A stretch of 64,000 nucleotides of DNA, from NCBI RefSeq assembly GCF_003018255.1, contig NZ_CP027440.1; one strand, given 5' to 3'. The DNA is from Escherichia coli (GTDB lineage Bacteria; Pseudomonadota; Gammaproteobacteria; Enterobacterales; Enterobacteriaceae). Both the position numbers and the translations under genes were made by a program. Under the pieces are notes generated by a model. That model was given only the letters and a program-made list of their open reading frames with translations. It was not told where the DNA came from and searched no databases. Of the stretch, positions 13,207-27,408 are shown one piece after another. The first letter of the stretch is position 1, and each line of letters starts with the position of its first letter.

Positions 13207-14331
13207 CTAACAAGATGGAGTGAGCGATTCATTGTATTTTAACGCCAGTGAGGTCAGCATTTGTGTTACGCGACCTGCGGATAATAACGCGCTTTGGGTA
13301 AAGTCGTGTTGGTCTGTCAGCCATGTGATAAAACAACGACTGGTTGCCAGAGAAACATTTGCGCCCCTTTCTAAGCAGGCTCCCGTGAGTAGGCAGACCA
13401 TCTTGCAGTTATTCCCCTGCTCCCAGCGCTGCCACTGATTTTGCCACCAACCATGGTATGTCGTTCCCTTAAAATGCCAGGGCGTATCAGCGTTACTGTC
13501 ACTGATTTCTTCTTCTACGAACCAAAGTTCACCTTGTTGTTGGCGGAACTGATCTGCCCAGGCTGTAATAATTGCGCCTCTTAGAAAACATTCGTGTGAA
13601 ATAATATGCGTTTTGACATCTGGATAGCGGATTTTCAGTATTCTGAAATGCCCGTGTGCCGTGATAACCGGGCGTAGTATGGCTCCCTTACCGTTGCGCT
13701 TGAGTACAGCACTGCCATACTGAATTTCATCGAACTGGCTCCGGCGCAAGAATTGCGCTTCACGCATATCTACCTTCTGCACGATATCGCGATGGTGCAT
13801 AGTTGGTTCTGTGTTGCCCTTGTAACTGTACCGCAGACTGTCTCCTGTCTGATGTTGCGTATAATTCGTGGAGAGATGAAGAATGTTGCCACGAGTGGCG
13901 TCAAGACTGACTAAAACATACAGTTTTTGTACTGCGCTGGCCCCTTGAAAGGGTATGAACAGTTGAACGGTTTCAATGGCCTGGGGATGCGTAATTTCTT
14001 TCTGATACTGTTTAGGCGTCCAGACTTTTTTGCAGTTACGGCATTGAATGCGTTGCGAACCCTGTGGATTGTGACCATAACAAATCATGTCTGTGCCATA
14101 ACATACCGGGCAGAAATGACCCTTCTCCGAGGCCCACGTAGATAAGTGAACTGACAACCAGTCACGAAATTGTTGCTCGTCAAACAACGGCGGGTAACTG
14201 CCACATGCCCGACAGTGCAGTGCCGGATAACCCAGTTTATAGTCTGGCCAACTGTAATCTTCCGATGAGGCCAATCCCAAATTTCGGCAACCGAACGTTT
14301 TACAGGCATTAATCGTAAACAGAGTCGACAT
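13207..14331 (-). CDS. Hypothetical cysteine-rich protein with multiple zinc-ribbon-like CxxC pairs; no signal peptide
   Basis: 374-aa ORF with ATG start; N-terminal third has C10/C15, C40-x2-C43, C74-x2-C77, C84, C97-x2-C100 with GHNP between the last two pairs; C-terminal part His/Trp-rich. No family recognised by eye. Confidence 0.6.
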   Translation of the reverse strand: MSTLFTINACKTFGCRNLGLASSEDYSWPDYKLGYPALHCRACGSYPPLFDEQQFRDWLSVHLSTWASEKGHFCPVCYGTDMICYGHNPQGSQRIQCRNCKKVWTPKQYQKEITHPQAIETVQLFIPFQGASAVQKLYVLVSLDATRGNILHLSTNYTQHQTGDSLRYSYKGNTEPTMHHRDIVQKVDMREAQFLRRSQFDEIQYGSAVLKRNGKGAILRPVITAHGHFRILKIRYPDVKTHIISHECFLRGAIITAWADQFRQQQGELWFVEEEISDSNADTPWHFKGTTYHGWWQNQWQRWEQGNNCKMVCLLTGACLERGANVSLATSRCFITWLTDQHDFTQSALLSAGRVTQMLTSLALKYNESLTPSC

Positions 14332-14338
14332 ATATCAC

Positions 14339-14360
14339 CAACGATTTCACAAGGTCGTTG
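14339..14360. promoter_or_regulatory. Candidate operator palindrome in the divergent promoter region
   Basis: CAACGA-N10-TCGTTG inverted repeat immediately upstream of the Cys-rich ORF start and about 100 bp upstream of paralog C. Confidence 0.3.
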
Positions 14361-14463
14361 ATTTTGTCCGGCAACTATCCCCTGCAGATGTGATTACTCT
14401 CACATAAATAAGTCTTTCAGAACGTAATGTAGCAATCCTTTATCTCACTGAAAGGGATTGTTT

Positions 14464-16017
14464 ATGAAAATTAAAATACTTGCTGCGGGTATCGCATTAA
14501 CACTGCCGTTCTGGGCTTGCGCTAAAGATGTCACTATTATTTATACCAACGACCTCCATGCGCATGTAGAACCTTATAAAGTGCCGTGGATCGCTGACGG
14601 TAAACGGGATATTGGCGGCTGGGCAAATATCACTACGCTGGTTAAGCAAGAAAAAGCAAAAAATAAAGCGACATGGTTTTTTGATGCGGGCGACTATTTT
14701 ACCGGGCCATATATCAGCAGCCTGACCAAAGGTAAGGCTATTATCGATATTATGAATACTATGCCGTTTGATGCCGTCACGATAGGCAACCATGAATTTG
14801 ACCACGGCTGGGACAACACATTATTACAGTTGAGTCAGGCAAAATTCCCGATTGTGCAGGGCAATGTTTTTTATCAGAACAGCAGTAAATCATTCTGGGA
14901 TAAGCCCTATACCATCATCGAAAAAGACGGTGTGAAAATAGGCGTTATAGGTTTGCACGGTGTATTTGCCTTTAATGACACAGTATCTGCTGCCACGCGA
15001 GTGGGTATTGAGGCGCGTGATGAAATTAAATGGCTACAACGTTATATCGATGAACTTAAAGGCAAGGTTGATTTGACCGTCGCCCTGATCCATGAAGGTG
15101 TTCCGGCCCGCCAGTCCAGTATGGGAGGCACAGATGTGCGTCGCGCGCTGGATAAAGATATTCAGACGGCAAGTCAGGTGAAAGGGCTGGATATTTTGAT
15201 CACCGGACATGCACATGTGGGTACGCCGGAACCGATTAAAGTCGGCAATACGCTCATCCTCTCCACTGACAGCGGCGGGATTGATGTGGGCAAACTGGTT
15301 CTCGACTACAAAGAGAAGCCGCATAATTTTACGGTGAAAAACTTCGAGCTTAAAACCATTTACGCTGACGAGTGGAAGCCCGATCCACAAACGAAACAGG
15401 TGATCGACGGCTGGAATAAAAAGCTTGATGAAGTGGTGCAACAAACGGTGGCGCAATCGCCGGTTGAATTAAAACGTGCCTATGGTGAATCGGCTTCCCT
15501 CGGGAACCTGGCGGCTGACGCTTTACTGGTAGCGGCGGGTAAAAACACCCAATTGGCGTTAACCAACTCTGGCGGCATTCGCAATGAGATCCCCGCAGGG
15601 GCGATCACGATGGGCGGCGTCATCAGTACGTTCCCGTTCCCCAACGAACTGGTGACGATGGAACTCACGGGTAAACAATTACGCAGTCTGATGGAACACG
15701 GCGCAAGTTTAAGCAATGGCGTTTTACAGGTATCGAAAGGCCTGGAAATGAAGTACGACAGCAGCAAGCCGGTTGGTCAGCGGGTAATCACACTGACTCT
15801 GAATGGCAAACCCATTGAAGATGCGACGGTTTATCACATTGCTACTCAGAGTTTCCTTGCTGATGGTGGAGATGGTTTTACCGCCTTTACCGAAGGGAAA
15901 GCGCGTAACACAACGGGCGGTTATTACGTTTATCACGCGGTGGTTGATTACTTCAAAGCGGGCAACACCATTACGGATGAACAGCTCAACGGTATGCGCG
16001 TGAAGGATATCAAATAA
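14464..16017 (+). CDS. Exported (possibly lipoprotein) bifunctional metallophosphatase/5'-nucleotidase (UshA/CpdB family), paralog C
   Basis: Track start 14458 is TTG; ATG at 14464 follows AAGGGA. Signal peptide [22 protein letters not shown] (possible lipobox Cys); motifs [30 protein letters not shown]. Confidence 0.85.
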   Translation: MKIKILAAGIALTLPFWACAKDVTIIYTNDLHAHVEPYKVPWIADGKRDIGGWANITTLVKQEKAKNKATWFFDAGDYFTGPYISSLTKGKAIIDIMNTMPFDAVTIGNHEFDHGWDNTLLQLSQAKFPIVQGNVFYQNSSKSFWDKPYTIIEKDGVKIGVIGLHGVFAFNDTVSAATRVGIEARDEIKWLQRYIDELKGKVDLTVALIHEGVPARQSSMGGTDVRRALDKDIQTASQVKGLDILITGHAHVGTPEPIKVGNTLILSTDSGGIDVGKLVLDYKEKPHNFTVKNFELKTIYADEWKPDPQTKQVIDGWNKKLDEVVQQTVAQSPVELKRAYGESASLGNLAADALLVAAGKNTQLALTNSGGIRNEIPAGAITMGGVISTFPFPNELVTMELTGKQLRSLMEHGASLSNGVLQVSKGLEMKYDSSKPVGQRVITLTLNGKPIEDATVYHIATQSFLADGGDGFTAFTEGKARNTTGGYYVYHAVVDYFKAGNTITDEQLNGMRVKDIK

Positions 16018-16327
16018 AAGTGCGCACTGAATTGACTCAACTGTTTGTTACCCGTTGATTGCGCAGATCCTGTATTCGGCCTACGCGAGGGCGCAGGCCG
16101 AATCAGATGCCTTAGCATCACCATCCGGTGGCAGGACGTTGTTTTTCGAATTAGCCCAGGTGTCGCTGTGTTGTCAGAATATGAGTCAAAACGTGCGAGG
16201 TGGATTGTGCTATAGAGAAATCTTTTATCGCCTCTAATTAAGATGAGTTTTTTTCATCTTCCCTGATTTTTCCTCACCATCATTGGTTATTTTTCGGTTG
16301 ACGCCCTTCGGCTTTTCCTTCATCTTT

Positions 16328-16359
16328 ACATCTGGACGTCTAAACGGATAGATGTGCAC
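16328..16359. promoter_or_regulatory. Met boxes (MetJ operator) of the metF promoter
   Basis: Tandem AGACGTCT-like repeats acatctgg acgtctaa acggatag atgtgcac about 40-70 bp upstream of metF. Confidence 0.5.
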
Positions 16360-16395
16360 AACACAACATATAACGATAAGCGATTGATGAGGTAA

Positions 16396-17289
<894 letters not shown>

Positions 17290-17563
17290 ATAGTGTGCCT
17301 TTTGTGAAAATTACACAGTGATCACAAATTTTAAACAGAGCACAAAATGCTGCCTCGAAATGAGGGCGGGAAAATAAGGTTATCAGCCTTGTTTTCTCCC
17401 TCATTACTTGAAGGATACAAATCTAAAACCCTTTTTTATAAAGCATTTGTCCTAAATCGGACATAATCAAAAAGTCTTAATTACGATCAATTTGATCTAC
17501 ATCTCTTTAACCAACAATATGTAAGATCTCAACTATCGCATCCGTGGATTAATTCAATTATAA

Positions 17564-19798
<2,235 letters not shown>

Positions 19799-19807
19799 TC
19801 TGACCTT

Positions 19808-19847
19808 CTTCAGCGACTGCCTTTCATGCAGTCGCTGAAGTTTCTTT
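19808..19847 (+). terminator. Rho-independent terminator after katG
   Basis: 13-bp inverted repeat cttcagcgactgc...gcagtcgctgaag followed by tttcttt; lies inside the spurious 5' extension of the yijE track ORF. Confidence 0.7.
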
Positions 19848-19891
19848 ACCGGCGTATAGTGTCCACAGGAAAACTACACACTGGATCTCTC

Positions 19892-20797
19892 ATGTCTGCC
19901 GCAGGAAAGAGCAACCCACTGGCAATCAGTGGCCTGGTTGTGCTCACACTTATCTGGAGTTATAGCTGGATTTTCATGAAGCAAGTCACCAGCTACATCG
20001 GTGCCTTCGACTTTACCGCCTTACGCTGCATTTTCGGCGCTCTCGTTTTATTCATCGTCCTTTTATTACGTGGTCGCGGAATGCGCCCGACACCGTTTAA
20101 ATACACCTTAGCCATTGCCCTGTTACAAACCTGCGGGATGGTCGGCCTGGCGCAGTGGGCGCTGGTCAGCGGAGGAGCGGGGAAGGTGGCAATCCTGAGC
20201 TATACCATGCCGTTCTGGGTGGTAATTTTCGCCGCGTTGTTTCTCGGTGAACGCCTGCGACGCGGACAATATTTCGCGATTCTGATTGCCGCTTTCGGCT
20301 TATTTTTGGTGTTGCAGCCGTGGCAACTCGATTTCTCTTCGATGAAAAGCGCCATGCTGGCAATCCTCTCCGGTGTGAGTTGGGGGGCGAGCGCGATTGT
20401 TGCTAAACGTCTGTATGCCCGCCATCCGCGCGTGGATTTATTGTCGCTAACATCCTGGCAGATGCTGTATGCGGCGCTGGTGATGAGCGTGGTCGCTTTA
20501 CTGGTGCCGCAACGTGAAATTGACTGGCAATCCACCGTGTTCTGGGCGCTGGCCTACAGTGCGATTCTGGCGACAGCGCTGGCGTGGAGCTTATGGTTGT
20601 TTGTATTGAAAAACTTGCCTGCCAGTATTGCCAGCTTAAGCACACTGGCCGTTCCCGTTTGCGGCGTACTCTTTTCCTGGTGGCTGCTCGGTGAGAATCC
20701 GGGGGCAGTTGAAGGTAGCGGTATTGTGCTGATTGTACTGGCACTGGCGCTGGTGAGCCGTAAGAAAAAAGAAGCCGTCAGTGTAAAAAGGATCTGA
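19892..20797 (+). CDS. yijE: EamA/DMT-family inner-membrane transporter (cystine exporter YijE)
   Basis: Track ORF 19826..20797 trimmed to [22 protein letters not shown]... (301 aa), multi-TM. Confidence 0.85.
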   Translation: MSAAGKSNPLAISGLVVLTLIWSYSWIFMKQVTSYIGAFDFTALRCIFGALVLFIVLLLRGRGMRPTPFKYTLAIALLQTCGMVGLAQWALVSGGAGKVAILSYTMPFWVVIFAALFLGERLRRGQYFAILIAAFGLFLVLQPWQLDFSSMKSAMLAILSGVSWGASAIVAKRLYARHPRVDLLSLTSWQMLYAALVMSVVALLVPQREIDWQSTVFWALAYSAILATALAWSLWLFVLKNLPASIASLSTLAVPVCGVLFSWWLLGENPGAVEGSGIVLIVLALALVSRKKKEAVSVKRI

Positions 20798-20823
20798 ATT
20801 TTTTCTTCATGTGGGGAGATCTC

Positions 20824-21441
20824 TTATTTAGCAAAATACCGATAGTGCCCCACCATCCGCCAGCTAAACAGTACATCTTCTTCCTGCGCGCCTGCGCCAA
20901 TGTTATGTATCACCAGCGGCGTACCGTCGCGGGCGAAGCCATCTGACACCACCCCAATATGTGCCAGCCCGTTATCTAATCGCCAGGAGACAATATCGCC
21001 CGCTTGATAGTCACTGGGGTTCTTGCTGGTGGGGCGTGTTTTATCGTGGCGGGTAAACCAGGTTTCCAGATTAGGCACCCGGCGGTGATCGATGTTGCTG
21101 TCCGGGCGCTTTAACTGCCATTTTTGCGGGTACGCAGCAAAATTCTTCGCCATATCTTCGTGCACCAGTTTCTGCAAATCGACCTTCTGGCTGCGCAATG
21201 CACGGATCACCACATCGGAACATACGCCGCGTTCTTGCGGGACATCACCGCCAGGATAGGTAAGCTGCACATACGCCGGATCGTAAAATAGCGTGCTGCC
21301 GATTTGCTGTCTGGCGCCGTCTGCGATGGCAAGATTGGTGTTGGCCTGGATTTGTACCACGGTTGGTGGAACGGCGGGAGATTTTAAGGAGTAACTGGTA
21401 AATACCGTCAGAAGACTGAATAACGCCAGTGAAGCTTTCAT
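20824..21441 (-). CDS. yijF: DUF1287-family exported protein YijF
   Basis: 205-aa ORF with signal peptide MKASLALFSLLTVFTSYS. Confidence 0.8.
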   Translation of the reverse strand: MKASLALFSLLTVFTSYSLKSPAVPPTVVQIQANTNLAIADGARQQIGSTLFYDPAYVQLTYPGGDVPQERGVCSDVVIRALRSQKVDLQKLVHEDMAKNFAAYPQKWQLKRPDSNIDHRRVPNLETWFTRHDKTRPTSKNPSDYQAGDIVSWRLDNGLAHIGVVSDGFARDGTPLVIHNIGAGAQEEDVLFSWRMVGHYRYFAK

Positions 21442-21573
21442 CTGTTTCGTCCGTGAAAATAAGAGTCACAGATTCGACCTTCCGGGCTAACGATTGTTCT
21501 GTGGAGAAAATGTCCAGAAGCGGATAAAAAAACACCCGAACAAGGTGGAAGTTTCAGATTACTGGCACAGCGT

Positions 21574-21671
21574 GCCGGATGCGGCGTGAACGCCTTATCC
21601 GGCCTACAAAAGTACGTAAATTTACTATATTGCAGAGATTGCGTAGGCCTGATAAGCGTAGCGCATCAGGC
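21574..21671. repeat. REP/BIME element pair
   Basis: gccggatgcggcgtgaacgccttatccggcctac and inverted partner gtaggcctgataagcgtagcgcatcaggc. Confidence 0.65.
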
Positions 21672-21716
21672 AATTTTGCGTTCAAACTCCCGGACAAGCC
21701 GGGAGTTTGGAGTAGG

Positions 21717-22820
21717 TTATTCCCACTCTTGCAGGAAACGCTGACCATACTGGTCGGCTACCAGCAGTGCGGCGTAAACCTGATCTGGCGTCGCGCCGCC
21801 AGGCATGTTGTGGATGGTTTCACCTTCTGCACATGCCGCTTCTGCCACAATTCGCATTTTCGCCGGGACATCTTCTTTAATATCCAGTTGAGCGAGAGTT
21901 ATTGGCAAACCTACCGCATGGCTAAGTGCAGCTACGGTTTCGATTTCCTCCACCGGCGCGTTTTCCAGAACCAGCTGCGTCAGCGTACCAAATGCCACTT
22001 TTTCACCGTGGTAATAGTGATGCGCGTCCGGGATAGCGGTCAGGCCGTTATGCACCGCGTGAGCCGCCGCCAGCCCGCCGCTTTCAAAACCAACGCCGCT
22101 CAAATAGGTGTTCGCTTCAATCACGCGCTCCAGCGCCGGGGTTACTACATGCTGCTCGGCGGCAAGCATCGCTTTTTCGCCTTCTTCCAGCAGGGTGTTG
22201 TAGCACAGTTCAGCCAGTGCCAGCGCCGCCTGGGTGCACTTGCCGCCCGCCATGGTGGTCGCGCCGCTACGAGAGCAAGCACGCGCTTCAAACCAGGTTG
22301 CCAGCGCATCGCCGATACCCGCCGCTAACAGACGTGCAGGTGCGCCAGCGACGATTTTGGTGTCGACAATGACCATATTCGGGTTATTTGGCAACATCAG
22401 ATAGCGGTCAAATTCACCATCATCGGTGTAGATAACAGACAATGCGCTGCACGGTGCGTCGGTAGAGGCGATAGTCGGTGCGATCGCTACCGGAACACCC
22501 ATGAAATGTGCCAGTGCTTTGGCAGTATCGAGAGTTTTTCCGCCACCGATACCGAGAATTGCGCCACACTGCGCAGTCTCCGCGATGCCACGCAGACGGT
22601 CGATCTCATTTTGCGAACATTCACCGCCAAACGGCGCAATTTCTACTACCAGTCCAGCATCTTTAAAGCTTTTCTCGACAGTGGATTGAGCAAAACCTAA
22701 AACAAATTTGTCACCCACCACTAACCAGCGTTCTGCCAGCGGCTTCAGGTATTCGCCCAGACGATTAATCACATCAGCGCCCTGGATGTATTTACCCGGT
22801 GATTGAATAATGCGGTCCAT
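21717..22820 (-). CDS. gldA: Glycerol dehydrogenase
   Basis: Track ORF 21717..22859 trimmed to [24 protein letters not shown]... (367 aa); iron-containing alcohol dehydrogenase family. Confidence 0.9.
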   Translation of the reverse strand: MDRIIQSPGKYIQGADVINRLGEYLKPLAERWLVVGDKFVLGFAQSTVEKSFKDAGLVVEIAPFGGECSQNEIDRLRGIAETAQCGAILGIGGGKTLDTAKALAHFMGVPVAIAPTIASTDAPCSALSVIYTDDGEFDRYLMLPNNPNMVIVDTKIVAGAPARLLAAGIGDALATWFEARACSRSGATTMAGGKCTQAALALAELCYNTLLEEGEKAMLAAEQHVVTPALERVIEANTYLSGVGFESGGLAAAHAVHNGLTAIPDAHHYYHGEKVAFGTLTQLVLENAPVEEIETVAALSHAVGLPITLAQLDIKEDVPAKMRIVAEAACAEGETIHNMPGGATPDQVYAALLVADQYGQRFLQEWE

Positions 22821-22830
22821 AATTGCTCCT

Positions 22831-23493
22831 TTAGAGATGAGTAGTGCCAAATGCGGCATTCCAGTCGTGTTCGAACTTCTCTATAGCTGACTCTACCGCA
22901 GGGGTGTTGAGCATTTGTTGCGCTACATCTAAGGGCAGGGTGATGGATTCACATCCTGCCAGTAAACAGTCCAGCGCCTGACGTGGTGTTTTAAAGCTGG
23001 CAGCCAGCACCATGCTTTCTGGCGCATGCATTTCCAACAGCGCTTGCAGCTCCTGTACAGTACGAATGCCGTCACCGCCCTGGGCATCTACGCGGTTAAC
23101 GTATGGAGCAACGTATTTGGCTCCAGCCAGCGCCGCCAGTAATCCTTGCGCTGCGCTGTACACTGCGGTTCCCAGCGTAGTAATGCCTTCTTTCTTCAGC
23201 ATTTTAATTGCTGCCAGACCTTCAGAGGTTACCGGAATTTTAACCACAATGCCCGGAATAGCGTCGCGCAGGCGTTTCGCTTCTTTCACCATACCCTGCG
23301 CGTCGCGGCTCATGGTCTGAGCAAACAGAATTCCCTCATCACCGATCGCTTTTTGAAGGCGCGGCAGCACTTCCCAGATGGACTCCTTGCTGGCAGCGAT
23401 AATGCTCGGGTTAGTTGTCACCCCGGCAATCGGGAATATGCGTGCCAGACGTTCGACTTCTGCGACGTTAGCGGTGTCCAGATACAGTTCCAT
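22831..23493 (-). CDS. fsaB: Fructose-6-phosphate aldolase 2 (transaldolase-like)
   Basis: 220-aa [38 protein letters not shown]... Confidence 0.9.
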   Translation of the reverse strand: MELYLDTANVAEVERLARIFPIAGVTTNPSIIAASKESIWEVLPRLQKAIGDEGILFAQTMSRDAQGMVKEAKRLRDAIPGIVVKIPVTSEGLAAIKMLKKEGITTLGTAVYSAAQGLLAALAGAKYVAPYVNRVDAQGGDGIRTVQELQALLEMHAPESMVLAASFKTPRQALDCLLAGCESITLPLDVAQQMLNTPAVESAIEKFEHDWNAAFGTTHL

Positions 23494-23504
23494 GATGTTT
23501 CCTT

Positions 23505-26006
23505 TTACAGTTCCAGTTCATGTTGCAGCAGGCTGGCGATAGCGTCGGCAGAGGCGGCGTTAACCAGCGCGTTACGGAATTCTTCGTGCATGATGCGACG
23601 AGCGAGGCGCGAGAAAATGCGCATGTGCTGATCGCCCGCAGCATGTTTGTTCAGGGTTAACATAATGATGAATTGCGCTTCATCATCGCCCCAGCGCACC
23701 GGCGCTGCCAGACGCGCCACGCTGATGGTGGATTGCTCAATGTGTTCTGATTTGCTGTGGGGAATGGCAAAACTAAAGCCCAGACCGGTAGAGAAAACGG
23801 CCTCGCGCGCCCACAAGTCGGCTTCCAGTTTACGCGGATAGCGACAGCGGCCCGCCAGCAGCAGGTTATCGGTCATGCCTTTGAGCACTTCTTCTTTGCT
23901 GCGCCAGTCGCTTTCCAGTGTGATGCACTCGGCGGTGACCAGCGGTGCGTCTTGTTGGGTCATGCGGAATTGCGCCAGCAGGTGTTCCACTTCCAGCGAA
24001 GTACGGCAGGCCATTGCCTGGTTGAGCAACTTGCGGCACTCACGGCTATCAAGTTGCGCCATCCGCGCTTTCGCCGCCGGAATTGATGGTGCGCTCATGC
24101 TGAGTTCATCCAGCCCTAAACCGACCAGCAACGGCAGCACGGAACCTTTCGCTCCCAGTTCACCGCACAGACCAATCCATTTGCCCTGGCGATGCACCGC
24201 CTGTACGGCGTAATCGAGCGCCCGCAAGAATGCTGGATTCAGGCTGTTGTAGTGACGAGTCACCTTAGCGTTATCGCGATCCACTGCCAGTAGATATTGC
24301 GTCAGGTCATTACTACCAATACTAAAGAAATCAATCTCTTCGCAGCATTGATCGATGATGAACATCACCGACGGCACTTCCAGCATGATGCCGAGTGGAA
24401 TCTTCTCATCAAACGGAATGTGTTCGTTACGCAGTTGCTGTTTGGCTTCCGCCAGTTTTTCTTTCACCCATAAGATCTCTTCCATTGAGGAGATCATCGG
24501 GATCATGATTTTCAGGCTGCCGTGAGCAGAGGCGCGCAGGATCGACCGTAGTTGTGTGGTAAACAACGACGCGTATTCTTCATAAATACGCACCGCGCGA
24601 TAACCGAGGAACGGGTTTGCCTCTGCGGGAATATTCAGATAATCAACGGGTTTGTCACCGCCAATATCCATAGTGCGCACAATAATGCTGCGTCCGTTGG
24701 CGGACTCCAGCGCCTGACAAAAAATGTTGTACAGCTCGCTTTCGCCCGGTGCACTGGTGCGATCCATATAGAGCATTTCAGTGCGGAATAAACCAACGCC
24801 TTCCGCACCATTGCCGAATGCGGCCTGCGCTTCCACGGAGTGAGCGATGTTAGCGGCAATTTCAATGCGGATACCGTCAGCGGTACGGGCTTGTTGGGTC
24901 AGCCAGACACGCTGTTGCTCACGCAGGGCGTCCTGTACGCGGGCTTCTTGCTGATAATAACGGGCCACGGCTTCCCCTGGCTCAACCACAATCGCCCCTG
25001 CGTTGCCGTCGATATAAATCGTTTGATGCTGCCACGGAGTAAGGGCATCAATATCCACACCTACCAGCGTCGGAATGTTGAACGAACGGGCAAGGATCAC
25101 CGTATGTGAGGTGGTGCCGCCACTTTTCAGTAATAGACCTTTGAGGTGATTTTTATCCAGTTCGAGGAACTGGCTGGGGGTCAGTTCATCAGCCATACAA
25201 ATGGCGGGCTGCGTCAGTTTGCCCGGTGCCGGGAAGCGTTGCTCACCGTAGATTTGCTGGAGTAACTGGAAGCAGACGTCGCGTACGTCCAGGGCACGTT
25301 CTTGCAGGTAGCTGCTGCTGGAACGGGCGAACTCTTCGCAAAAGTGATTCGCACTGGCAACAATCGCTTCGGCGCAGCTTAATCCGGCGCTGACACCTGC
25401 CAGTAAATGTTCGCGCAGGGAAGTATCGCCAGCCAGGGATCGGTGAGCTTCCAGTATCGCGCTGGTAGCACCGTCGCTATCCAGCAGACGAAATTCAATG
25501 TTTTTCATCACCAGTGTCAGGCCGTTTTCCAGCGCGGATTGCTCGGCGTCAACGCCTTTGGCAGCAGGAAGATTACCCAGCGCATTGAGATCTAAAGAAG
25601 AGATCGGCGTCAGAATGCCGCCTGCACTACCACTGCACACGGTGCGAGCACGGATAATTTGCGGATTCAGATTGGTCAGTGAAACCGGCAGTGGTTCCAG
25701 TTCGTCAGATTTTACTTCCGCCAGCGGTGCGTCGCAGTGGGGGAATTCATCGCGCAGCCATTGGCTTAAACGCTGGTGCGCTTCCTGTTCGTCGGCCCCG
25801 GAAATCAGTAACTGGCAGTTATCGCCCACCAGCGTATCGGTGCCAATCAGCGCAAGGGCGCTTTTGGCGTTGCCCTTGCGGTCAGTGCGCAGGTTATGCC
25901 ACTCAATTTGTGATGAAAAAGTATTACACAGCGTTTCAACGTGGCTTGCCGGACGTGCATGTACGCCGTTAGGTAGCTCACAAATAAATTCCACAATCAG
26001 GGCCAT
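23505..26006 (-). CDS. ptsA: Multiphosphoryl transfer protein (Enzyme I-like / HPr-like / IIA-like fusion) of the fructose-like PTS
   Basis: 833-aa [29 protein letters not shown]... (HPr-like N-terminus), central PEP-utilising domain. Confidence 0.9.
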   Translation of the reverse strand: MALIVEFICELPNGVHARPASHVETLCNTFSSQIEWHNLRTDRKGNAKSALALIGTDTLVGDNCQLLISGADEQEAHQRLSQWLRDEFPHCDAPLAEVKSDELEPLPVSLTNLNPQIIRARTVCSGSAGGILTPISSLDLNALGNLPAAKGVDAEQSALENGLTLVMKNIEFRLLDSDGATSAILEAHRSLAGDTSLREHLLAGVSAGLSCAEAIVASANHFCEEFARSSSSYLQERALDVRDVCFQLLQQIYGEQRFPAPGKLTQPAICMADELTPSQFLELDKNHLKGLLLKSGGTTSHTVILARSFNIPTLVGVDIDALTPWQHQTIYIDGNAGAIVVEPGEAVARYYQQEARVQDALREQQRVWLTQQARTADGIRIEIAANIAHSVEAQAAFGNGAEGVGLFRTEMLYMDRTSAPGESELYNIFCQALESANGRSIIVRTMDIGGDKPVDYLNIPAEANPFLGYRAVRIYEEYASLFTTQLRSILRASAHGSLKIMIPMISSMEEILWVKEKLAEAKQQLRNEHIPFDEKIPLGIMLEVPSVMFIIDQCCEEIDFFSIGSNDLTQYLLAVDRDNAKVTRHYNSLNPAFLRALDYAVQAVHRQGKWIGLCGELGAKGSVLPLLVGLGLDELSMSAPSIPAAKARMAQLDSRECRKLLNQAMACRTSLEVEHLLAQFRMTQQDAPLVTAECITLESDWRSKEEVLKGMTDNLLLAGRCRYPRKLEADLWAREAVFSTGLGFSFAIPHSKSEHIEQSTISVARLAAPVRWGDDEAQFIIMLTLNKHAAGDQHMRIFSRLARRIMHEEFRNALVNAASADAIASLLQHELEL

Positions 26007-26314
26007 TGCCTCTCTCCCGGTACGGTTTTCTGTTTACAGGATAAGAGCGCACGGCAACGGCCTGCCATGTGACAAATCTGCCAAAAGCTGGACAAATGTA
26101 ATGTAACCGTCAATTTGCGACGCGTCTCACAAGACGCCGTTTTGCGGCATGCTTCCGGATCATCGCAAGTTATGAGGCGGATCGCATTTTTGTACTGATA
26201 TTACAAAAGTCCAGTAAATGGCCTTTTTATCCACTGTTTGCTCCGCCTGCGATTGCCTATTGTTTCCTCCATCAAAAATATGGACATGGGCTTTTGCAAG
26301 CCCGGGAGCAGCTT

Positions 26315-27394
26315 ATGAATGAGTTGGTGCAGATCCTGAAAAATACCCGTCAGCATTTAATGACGGGCGTTTCACACATGATTCCCTTCGTGGTATCGGG
26401 CGGTATTTTGCTGGCGGTTTCCGTCATGTTGTATGGCAAAGGCGCAGTGCCGGATGCCGTAGCCGATCCGAATCTGAAAAAACTGTTTGATATCGGCGTT
26501 GCGGGTTTGACGCTGATGGTGCCTTTCCTCGCCGCTTACATTGGTTACTCCATTGCAGAGCGTTCTGCGCTGGCTCCGTGCGCTATCGGTGCCTGGGTTG
26601 GTAACAGCTTTGGTGCGGGCTTCTTTGGTGCACTGATCGCCGGGATTATCGGCGGCATCGTGGTGCATTACCTGAAGAAAATTCCGGTGCATAAAGTTCT
26701 GCGCTCGGTGATGCCAATCTTCATCATTCCGATCGTCGGCACACTGATTACCGCAGGCATCATGATGTGGGGGCTGGGCGAGCCTGTGGGGGCATTGACC
26801 AACAGCCTGACTCAGTGGCTTCAGGGGATGCAGCAGGGCAGCATTGTTATGCTGGCGGTGATCATGGGCCTGATGCTGGCGTTCGATATGGGCGGTCCGG
26901 TTAACAAAGTGGCCTATGCCTTCATGCTGATTTGCGTTGCTCAGGGTGTTTATACCGTGGTGGCCATTGCTGCCGTGGGTATTTGTATTCCGCCGCTGGG
27001 GATGGGGCTGGCGACGCTGATTGGTCGTAAAAATTTCTCCGCAGAAGAGCGCGAAACCGGTAAAGCGGCGCTGGTGATGGGGTGCGTTGGGGTTACTGAA
27101 GGGGCGATTCCTTTCGCCGCTGCCGATCCGCTGCGTGTTATTCCTTCCATCATGGTCGGTTCAGTTTGTGGTGCAGTAACTGCGGCGCTGGTCGGTGCGC
27201 AGTGCTATGCAGGCTGGGGCGGTCTGATTGTGCTGCCGGTGGTTGAAGGCAAGCTGGGTTATATCGCAGCAGTAGCTGTCGGAGCAGTGGTGACGGCTGT
27301 TTGTGTGAACGTGCTGAAAAGTCTGGCGCGTAAAAATGGGTCTTCGACTGATGAAAAAGAAGACGACCTGGATTTGGATTTTGAAATTAATTAA
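26315..27394 (+). CDS. frwC: Fructose-like PTS permease IIC component
   Basis: Track ORF 26294..27394 trimmed to MNELVQILKNTRQHLMTGVSHMIPFVVSGG... (359 aa), polytopic membrane protein. Confidence 0.9.
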   Translation: MNELVQILKNTRQHLMTGVSHMIPFVVSGGILLAVSVMLYGKGAVPDAVADPNLKKLFDIGVAGLTLMVPFLAAYIGYSIAERSALAPCAIGAWVGNSFGAGFFGALIAGIIGGIVVHYLKKIPVHKVLRSVMPIFIIPIVGTLITAGIMMWGLGEPVGALTNSLTQWLQGMQQGSIVMLAVIMGLMLAFDMGGPVNKVAYAFMLICVAQGVYTVVAIAAVGICIPPLGMGLATLIGRKNFSAEERETGKAALVMGCVGVTEGAIPFAAADPLRVIPSIMVGSVCGAVTAALVGAQCYAGWGGLIVLPVVEGKLGYIAAVAVGAVVTAVCVNVLKSLARKNGSSTDEKEDDLDLDFEIN

Positions 27395-27408
27395 TTGAGG
27401 AACGAGCC

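Noticed and set aside
17303-17326. CRP-like TGTGA...CACA motif with a GTGATCAC palindrome just downstream of metF
   Set aside because: Spacing and right half-site do not fit the TGTGA-N6-TCACA consensus well; could be chance in an AT-rich spacer. Not called without a matrix scan or conservation check.
21579-22328. 249-aa plus-strand ORF across the REP elements and antisense to gldA
   Set aside because: Begins within REP/BIME repeats and runs antisense to gldA; Arg-rich translation; not a plausible gene.
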